Shown here: piece after piece, positions 56,594 through 64,000 of the stretch
Layout: every line of letters begins with the position of its first letter
Numbering within the stretch: position 1 is the stretch's first letter
From: Marsupella aquatica
Lineage: Eukaryota; Plantae; Marchantiophyta
Assembly (NCBI GenBank): GCA_973895155.1
Contig: OZ316897.1
Location: forward strand, 3,442,211-3,506,210
Length of the DNA: 64,000 nucleotides
Reading direction: 5' to 3'
Program-made: the position numbers and the translations under genes
The notes under the pieces: model-generated
What the model was told of the DNA's origin: nothing
Seen by the model: the letters and a program-made list of their open reading frames with translations, nothing else
Databases searched by the model: none

Positions 56594-57068
56594 TGTTGGG
56601 TATTTACTCTTACGTCTAGGTTAGGTATGACGTGGTTGGTACAACAACGTGGGTTGGTACAACTACGTGGTTAGGTACAACTACGTGATTAGGTACAACT
56701 ATGTGGTTAGGTACAACTACGTGATTAGGTACAACTATGTGGTTAGGTACAACTACGTGATTAGGTACAACTATGTGGTTAGGTACAACTATGTGGTTAG
56801 GTACAACTAAGTTGCACACTATATCATAAGAGGCATGTGTGCTTGGAGAGGTAGAACCAAGGCTCATTGTTATGGAGCCACTTGAGAGATAGGGAGAGCT
56901 TACACTGTGGAGACTCGGTATAGCCGACGGGCTTAGAGTTCAGTAAAGCTCTCTTGTGTGTTCCCGTGGACGTAGCCTCAAGGAGGTGAACCACGTATCT
57001 CTTGTGTCGACTATTGTGCGTTGGATGGTTCATGGGCTTGCCGTTGCGATCGTCGTCTATGCTCAACA
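56594..57068 (+). mobile_element. Copia solo LTR (475 bp)
   Basis: TGTTGG...CTCAACA with a perfect TSD CACAA (56589-56593, 57069-57073). Near-identical to the LTRs of the neighbouring full element but with four extra 18-bp units. Confidence 0.95.
56621..56808 (+). repeat. 18-bp tandem array (GGTTAGGTACAACTAYGT) in the LTR
   Basis: About 10 units here and about 6 in each LTR of the full-length element. The 72-bp length difference equals 4 x 18. Confidence 0.92.
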
Positions 57069-57596
57069 CACAATTCGTTGGCACCCTTCATCACCGGGGA
57101 AGGGGTTCTACCCAGCAAGCGAGCAGTTTGGGTGTGCATTGACCACACTGTTACAAGAAAGATTGGTTTCCTAGGAATTTACGGCCCGAATTCACCTAGG
57201 GAGCGGACTGATTTGTGGAGAGAACTTTTCAACTTGTTGGATCACTCATGTAACTGGATCGTCATGGGGGACTTCAATATGATCGAAAGCAGGACTGATC
57301 AGAGGGGAGGGCTAAGCAGCACCTTGTCTGGCAGCGAGATGAGGGCTTGACATCATCTGAAGCGCAAACTCCACCTGAAGGATACATTCCAACACCTCCT
57401 GGGGCACCTAAAATTTAGCTGGGACAACAAGAGAAGACATCGCCACGATCCCCAAGCACAAGCTGGTCCATGGGGGGATAGTGATCAGGCATTTGGACCG
57501 GATATACTCTTGGTCCAAGGAACAGAATTCCAGATTTAACATTACTTCTACAATCTTGCCTGGTATACCCATGTCTGATCATGCCCCGGTGTGTGC

Positions 57597-60500
57597 TGTT
57601 GGGTATTTACTCTTACGTCTAGGTTAGGTATGACGTGGTTGGTACAACAACATGGGTTGGTACAACTACGTGATTAGGTACAACTATGTGGTTAGGTACA
57701 ACTACGTGATTAGGTACAACTATGTGGTTAGGTACAACTAAGTTGCACACTATATCATAAGAGGCATGTGTGCTTGGAGAGGTAGAACCAAGGCTCATTG
57801 TTATGGAGCCACTTGAGAGATAGGGAGAGCTTACACTGTGGAGACTCGGTATAGCCGACGGGCTTAGAGTTCAGTAAAGCTCTCTTGTGTGTTCCCGTGG
57901 ACGTAGCCTCAAGGAGGTGAACCACGTATCTCTTGTGTCGACTATTGTGCGTTGGATGGTTCATGGGCTTGCCGTTGCGATCGTCGTCTATGCTCAACAA
58001 TTGGTATCAGAGCATGCTTGGGAGGTGACGTGTGTTCGTGACGGGATTTCATTACGGTTTTTCCAGCGTTGAGTGTCGGTGGATTTCCTGGAGTTCCGTC
58101 GCATAGAACTTGGAGTTTATGGGCTCAACGGATAGATCGGGGCAAGAGCTTTCTAACGGTGTGAAGAAATCGCTGAACGGAGCTTGTGGTGCAGAGAGAT
58201 CTAAGTTTTCGTCGTTCTGGATTTTGTGAAGTAAGTTGGCAATCGACTTGGAGGGAGAAGCGTCAAGTGTTTTGACTCAACGGAGAGATTGAGGCAAGAC
58301 GATTGTTTTGAGTCCGGGATTGGCTCTTTGATGCAAAGAGGAAGAGCACGTGACACCGATACCATCACCGGTGCGGCGTGTGGTGGAGGAAGCAGTACTA
58401 CTACCGGAGCTCACGGTAGTGCCAAAGAAGAAGATGGGGACTTTCAAGCTTGGGGGACCCAAGTATGAAGTGACAAAGTATGATGGGCGCTCTGACTACT
58501 TGCTATGGGAGAAGCAGGTGAAGGGAGTGCTCTATGCATCAGGGATGGGCCAACTGCTGAGCCCTCGTGAAGACGATGTTGATGAGAAACAATGGGACCG
58601 CATGCAGGAGCAGGGAGTGTGGTGTGTTACACTCTATCTCATGCCTCCCATCATCAAGCAGTTGGGTGCACATAAGGATTGCATGTCCTTGTTTGCAGAA
58701 TTGCAGAGCAAGTATCACCGCAAGGAGTTGTCGAACCGGCTCTACACTTCCTACAAACTCATGAGTTTCAGGATGAAGGAATCCGGCACAAAGTTGCAAG
58801 ACCATGTGGATGCTTTCAACGACATGGTCGTTGACTTGGAAAACCTTGGGGAGACTTTGAATGATGAGACGAAGGCTCTGCAGCTTCTTAGTTCATTGCC
58901 TCCATCTTACCAGTCCCTATCACGAGTGTTGTTGCATCGTGATAGGGATACCATTTCATATAATGACGTGGTAAGTTCTCTGCTTAGTGATGATCTTCAG
59001 CAGAAGATGCACATCACATCACAGCCTTCATCATCTGGTGCTGCCCTCAATGTTAACCGTGGGAGGGGTATGCAGCGACCAACTGGGGACCGTAGAACCC
59101 AGTTTAGATCTAAATCCAGATCTAAGTCCAAGGGTAAATCCCCTCAGAGGAGGCAGGTGACATGTTGGAAGTGCAACCAAGTTGGACACTTCAAGCGAGA
59201 CTGTAAGGGAAAGGCAGCGGAAACTTCATCGGCAAATGTGGCTAGGGCTGATGGAGAAGCTGATTTACTCAATGATGAGTATGTTTTATGAAGCCGGGGG
59301 TATGCCCTGTGCACGTCATCTAGGAGAGCAGATGATGTGTGGATTCTTGATTGTGCTTGCTCTTTTCATATTTGTTACATTCGTGAGTTTTTCAGTTCTT
59401 ACTCTATTTTAAACGGTTCAGTTCTGATGGGAAATGATCACTCCTGTCAAATTGAGGGAATTGGGTCTGTGAAGATTCAAATGTTTGATGGCGCTGTGCG
59501 CACAGTGTCCGGAGTCAGGTATGTACCTGGCATGCGTAAGAATCTGATTTCACTCGGTGTGTTGGATTCAAATGGTCATCAATGGAGCGTTATTGATGGT
59601 GAACTTCAAGTCAGGTCGGGAGAGACAGTGATTTTGAAGGGGAGTAGACAAAAGAATTTGTATGTGTTACAGGGCAATACTGTATGTGGAGAGGCCAATG
59701 TAACCAAGTCTCACGAGGAGATGACTCAACTGTGACATTCACGGCTAGGCCATATGAGTGAGAAGGGTTTGGCTATCTTACGGAAGAATGGACTCATTTC
59801 TGATTTGCAATCTTGTAAATTAGAGTTTTGTGAGCATTGCATTCTTGGAAAGCAGCATCGTCGTGCTTTTGGTGTTGGAACTCATCGTTCCAAAGCGGTT
59901 CTTGAGTACATACATAGTGACGTGTGGGGTCCATCCCCGACTCCCTCACACTCTGGAAAGTTGTACTATGTATCATTTATTGATGATTACTCAAGATTTG
60001 TGTGAATTTATTTCATGACGCATAAGTCTGATGTCTTGTCCATTTTTAAGAAGTGGAAGGCCCAGGTGGAGAATCAGACTGGAAACACGATCAAGTGTTT
60101 GGATACAAGGGTGAAGAGTCTGAGGTCAGACAACGGCGGGGAGTACACTTCAATGGAATTTGAAGAGTACTGTTCAGAACAGGGGATAACTCGCCATCTC
60201 ACCACAGTTTATACTCCACAGCAGAATGGTGTCGCTGAGAGGCTCAATCGGACACTGTTGGAGCGGTCACGGAGTATGTTGAGCCAATCAGGTTTACCAC
60301 AAGAATTTTGGGCAGAAGCTATCAATACCGCAGCTTATTTGGTAAATCTTTCTCCTTCTAGTGCTATCAATTTCAAAACGCCGTTTGAGATGTGCTATAA
60401 GCGGCAAGCAGACTATCATGGCTTGGTAGTTTTTGGAAGTGATGCATATGCTCTCACACCGAAGCAGAATAGGACCAAGTTGGATCCTACCTCCAAGAAA

Positions 60501-63148
60501 TATGTTTTTCTTGGGTACCAGAGTGGTGTGAAAGCCTATAGGCTATGGGATCCTATTGCCTGTAAGCTCGTTGTCAGTAGGGATGTTTCCTTCAATGAAT
60601 CCAGATTATTGAAGGAGGGGGAGAATACTCAGGTCTCCCGTACTGACAAAGGAAAATCTCCTATCCCGGATCTCGTTGAGGGGGAGATTGGTTATGAGGT
60701 GCATGACCGGAAAGAAGGAGTTGCTCCAATTATGGAGCTGGTTCCTGTGCCAGAGGAGTTTGTTGATGCTGGTGAGCAGCAAGTGGATGCTATTGAGCTT
60801 CAAATTGTACCAGCACACGCAGATCAACCGGAGTCATCGGCTAGAAGAACATCTGGTCGCACTGTACGCGCTCCACCAAGGTATGGACAGTGGGTTGATT
60901 CATCTCAACTGCAAGAGGATGATTTTACAGTTGATGATGAGGGTGATGTGTTAATTTTGGAAGAAGGGGAACCTTCTTCATTTCATGAGGCAAGTGCTTC
61001 AAAGGAGAAGTAGAAGTGGACTGCAGCAATGCAAACGGAGATGCAGTCACTAAAGGACAACAAAACTTGGGAGCTTGTTAAGCTGCCTAAGGGTCAGCAA
61101 GTGGTGGACAGCAAGTGGATTTACAAGCTGAAGGATAATTCCATAGGAGGTGGATCGAAGGTCTACAAGGCTAGATTGGTAGCAAAGGGATTCACACAAG
61201 AGAAAGGTGTGGATTACAATGAGGTCTTCTCACCAGTTGCTAAGTACTCTACAATACGACTATTGTGTGTACTTGTTGTAATGTTTGGTCTGCTGCTAGA
61301 TCAGATGGATGTTGTCACAGCTTTCCTCTATGGCACATTGGAAGAGGTGATCTTCATGAGACAACCGCTAGGTTTTGTGAAGAGAGGACAGGAGGAATTG
61401 GTTTGCAGATTGCTGAAATCCTTGTATGGGTTGAAGCAATCACCAAGACAGTGGAACAAGCGGTTTGACGATTGGATTCAGTCACAAGGTTTTCACAGAA
61501 GTGTATTTGACCCTTGTGTGTATTTGAAACCGGTAAAGAATGTTGTCTTTGGGTTCATTGTTTTAGTACTTTATGTGGATGATATGCTAATTGCAGCCAA
61601 GGATAGGTCTGAGATTGTTAAGCTCAAGGCACTGCTTAGTGCAGAGTTTAAGATGAAGGACTTAGGGCCAGCTAAGAGGATTTTGGGTATGGAGATCACT
61701 AGGGACTTGGAGGCTGGCAAGCTATGGTTGACGCAGAGCAGTTATGCGAGGAAGGTAATTGCAAGGTTCAACATGGGGAATAGCAAGCCAGTAAGTACCC
61801 CGTTGGCTCCACACTTCAAGTTATCATCGGCGTTCTGTCCTACGGATGACACAGAGAAGGGGTTGATGTCAAAGGTTCCGTATGACAAGGCAGTGGGGAG
61901 TCTCATGTATTTGATGACTTGCACTAGACCTGATCTTGCCATGGCTATGGGCAAGGTAAGCAGGTACATGTCAAATCCAGGGAAGGTACACTGGGAAGCA
62001 GTGAAGTGGATTATCAGGTACTTGAAGGGTACCGTGGATCATGGTCTTTTATTTGATGCGAATGCAAAGAATGCTAAATCATTGATTGGCTATGTTGATT
62101 CTGACTATGGACAAGATTTGGACCGAAGGAGATCAACAACAGGATACGTGTTCACACTTGGCGGTGGATGCATAAGTTGGAGGTCTACTTTGCAGAAGTG
62201 TATTGCTCAGTCTACTACAGAAGCGGAGTATGTTGCAGCTGCGGAAGCAGCAAAGGAAGCGATTTGGTTGGATAGACTTATCACTGAAATGGGATTGCCA
62301 CAGGGGAATGTGAAGCTCCATTGTGATAGTCAAAGTGCGCTCCACCTTGCTGTGAACCAGGTGATGGACAGCAGAGTGAAGCACATTGACGTTAGGTACC
62401 ATTTTATCAGGCAGGCTGTGTTTGATAATTTGTTTGAGCTAGTCAAGATTGATGGTAAACTCAACCCGGTTGATGCATTTACCAAAGTGATTCCTTTGGA
62501 GAGTTTCTCTAGACACCGTGACGTATTGCAGGTTTTGCAATTGCATCACAAGTAGAGTTTTCTTAACATTCATTGTAATTACTGATATATGCTCTTCCTC
62601 ATTCCTATGTATTAGGCTACGGCTTAGTTCTGGTTTGCTCTAGTTAGAGAGGGAAACCGGTTTGGTTTTTGTCAAGAACTTCCCGCTGAGGGATCATATA
62701 CATTGGCAGTATTACTCTCCCCTAGACCAGAGTCAAGGGGAAGATTGTTGGGTATTTACTCTTACGTCTAGGTTAGGTATGACGTGGTTGGTACAACAAC
62801 GTGGGTTGGTACAACTACGTGATTAGGTACAACTATGTGGTTAGGTACAACTATGTGATTAGGTACAACTATGTGGTTAGGTACAACTAAGTTGCACACT
62901 ATATCATAAGAGGCATGTGTGCTTGGAGAGGTAGAACCAAGGCTCATTGTTATGGAGCCACTTGAGAGATAGGGAGAGCTTACACTGTGGAGACTCGGTA
63001 TAGCCGACGGGCTGAGAGTTCAGTAAAGCTCTCTTGTGTGTTCCCGTGGACGTAGCCTCAAGGAGGTGAACCACGTATCTCTTGTGTCGACTATTGTGCG
63101 TTGGATGGTTCATGGGCTTGCCGTTGCGATCGTCGTCTATGCTCAACA
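57597..63148 (+). mobile_element. Full-length Ty1/Copia LTR retrotransposon (5552 bp)
   Basis: 403-bp LTRs at 57597-57999 and 62746-63148 (three differences seen by eye). TSD TGTGC, PBS TGGTATCAGAGC (tRNA-iMet) at 58002-58013, and polypurine tract AAGGGGAAGA immediately before the 3' LTR. Confidence 0.97.
58434..62555 (+). pseudogene. Copia gag-pol (gag, protease, GAG-pre-integrase, integrase, RT, RNase H) in one frame with four internal stops
   Basis: CWKCNQVGHFKRDC knuckle, WILDCACSFH protease, H-H-C-C zinc finger, HSDVWG/RSDNGGEY/QQNGVAER integrase, YKARLVAKG/LYVDDML RT and YVDSD/TEAEY/CDSQSA RNase H. Stops at 59289, 59733, 60003 and 61011; no frameshifts. Confidence 0.93.
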
Positions 63149-64000
63149 TGTGCTACAATTTGCCCAGCCAATGGTGTCAGGAGAGCTTCTCAGCACAGGA
63201 TGAACACGGCGCACCAACAACTGTTGCCATACCAAGAACGGATTTCCCATGTGTGGGCGGAGGAGGTGGAACGTTGTGACCGGACTGGTTTAACACCGGA
63301 TGTCACTCTCTCCCACTGCATCAAGATTGCTAGGAAGATTGATCATTGTTGGGGCAAGAGGAGGGCAAAGGAGAGACGCCTCAAGGAATCAATCCTGCGC
63401 GGCAACCTGTCCCAGGCACAGCGACACCTTGAATCACACACTCAGGACTGTCATGCGTAGGCGAATGTCAGGGAGGCTGAGGCCCTCATCCATGAGTTTG
63501 ATGCTGATCGAGTTCGGTGGATGGATTTTGTTATCCAATCAAGATGGATTGAAGATGGAGACAAGTGCTCCAGGCTCTTCTTTAAATCCTTCAAGGGCTT
63601 AGCGATGAACAATGAAATCCACCAACTCCTTGATAAGGACGAGCAGGTGGTGAAGGGTTGGCAGGAGATGGCTACGGTGGCCACTACTTTCTTCACGGAC
63701 ATCTTGGGTACATCTGCAGGTTGTCACCCGGATCATTTGACTCAGGTTCTTTCCATGCAGAATGAGACCATCTCTGTTGAAGATTGTGTAGACTTGAACC
63801 TTCCATTGACAGTGGAGGAATTGGGCAACGCTGCTTGGGCTCTTGCATCCAACAAATGTCCCGGCCCAGATGGAACCCCAGTCGAGTTTTTTGTGGCCCA
63901 CTGGCAAACAGTGGGACCCCTGCTACACAAAGTGATTCAACATGGCATGACTGAGGGCAATTTCAATTCTGAGTTCACTAGGGGATTTATTATTCTTCTA

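Larger units (their letters stand above)
49250..64000 (+). mobile_element. L1-clade LINE retrotransposon, interrupted by four LTR insertions and running past the window end
   Basis: ORF1 carries the zinc knuckle CYCFSYRHLASSC. ORF2 has APE endonuclease motifs (TYNLRGL, IQEHK, GIYGPN, MGDFN, LDRIY, SDHAPV), then WIEDGD..SRLFF and KCPGPDG.PVEFF leading into the RT. The 5' boundary is approximate. Confidence 0.9.
56319..64000 (+). pseudogene. LINE ORF2 (APE endonuclease and start of reverse transcriptase)
   Basis: Pieces 56319-56593, 57074-57596 and 63154-64000. In-frame stops at 57348-57350 and 63458-63460, plus a probable frameshift near 57480. Confidence 0.85.

Noticed and set aside
56616-56867. 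Minus-strand ORF with (VVPNHI)n repeats, and the regular 18-bp array as a possible CRISPR
   Set aside because: It is the translation of the LTR tandem array. The units are contiguous with no unique spacers, there are no cas genes, and the context is eukaryotic.
59279-59323. GTATGT...CTAG as an intron removing the Copia gag stop in frame
   Set aside because: Only 45 nt, below normal plant intron size, so not called without transcript evidence.

Overview
Eukaryotic land-plant genomic DNA with GT-AG introns. The gene and transposon style suggests a non-seed plant such as a liverwort or moss, but that assignment is inference. Host genes: the 3' part of a ubinuclein gene (248-4353, +), a 3-exon beta-tubulin (9689-11243, -), a 12-exon organellar methionyl-tRNA synthetase (31342-36115, +) and a 10-exon uncharacterised plastid-targeted membrane protein (38517-42615, +). 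About 12.5-31 kb is a decayed TE region containing a CACTA end, two copies of a ~1 kb LTR-like repeat, an old Copia solo LTR, an LRR relic and paired hairpins. The most unusual part is a same-strand pair of intronless metabolic genes. The first is a PTS2-bearing MenB/DHNA-CoA synthase paralog whose active site is remodelled (43773-44705). The second is a fungal-type cis-aconitate decarboxylase (CadA/ACOD1, MmgE/PrpD family) gene (46923-48436) with a single 1-nt frameshift and a duplicated 5' end, a likely fungus-to-plant horizontal transfer. From ~49.3 kb to the window end lies one L1-type LINE interrupted by four separate LTR insertions, each with its own target-site duplication: two large solo LTRs, one Copia solo LTR and one near-intact 5.55-kb Copia. 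Removing the first two restores an open 577-aa ORF1. All comparisons were made by eye and from recalled family motifs; no searches were run.
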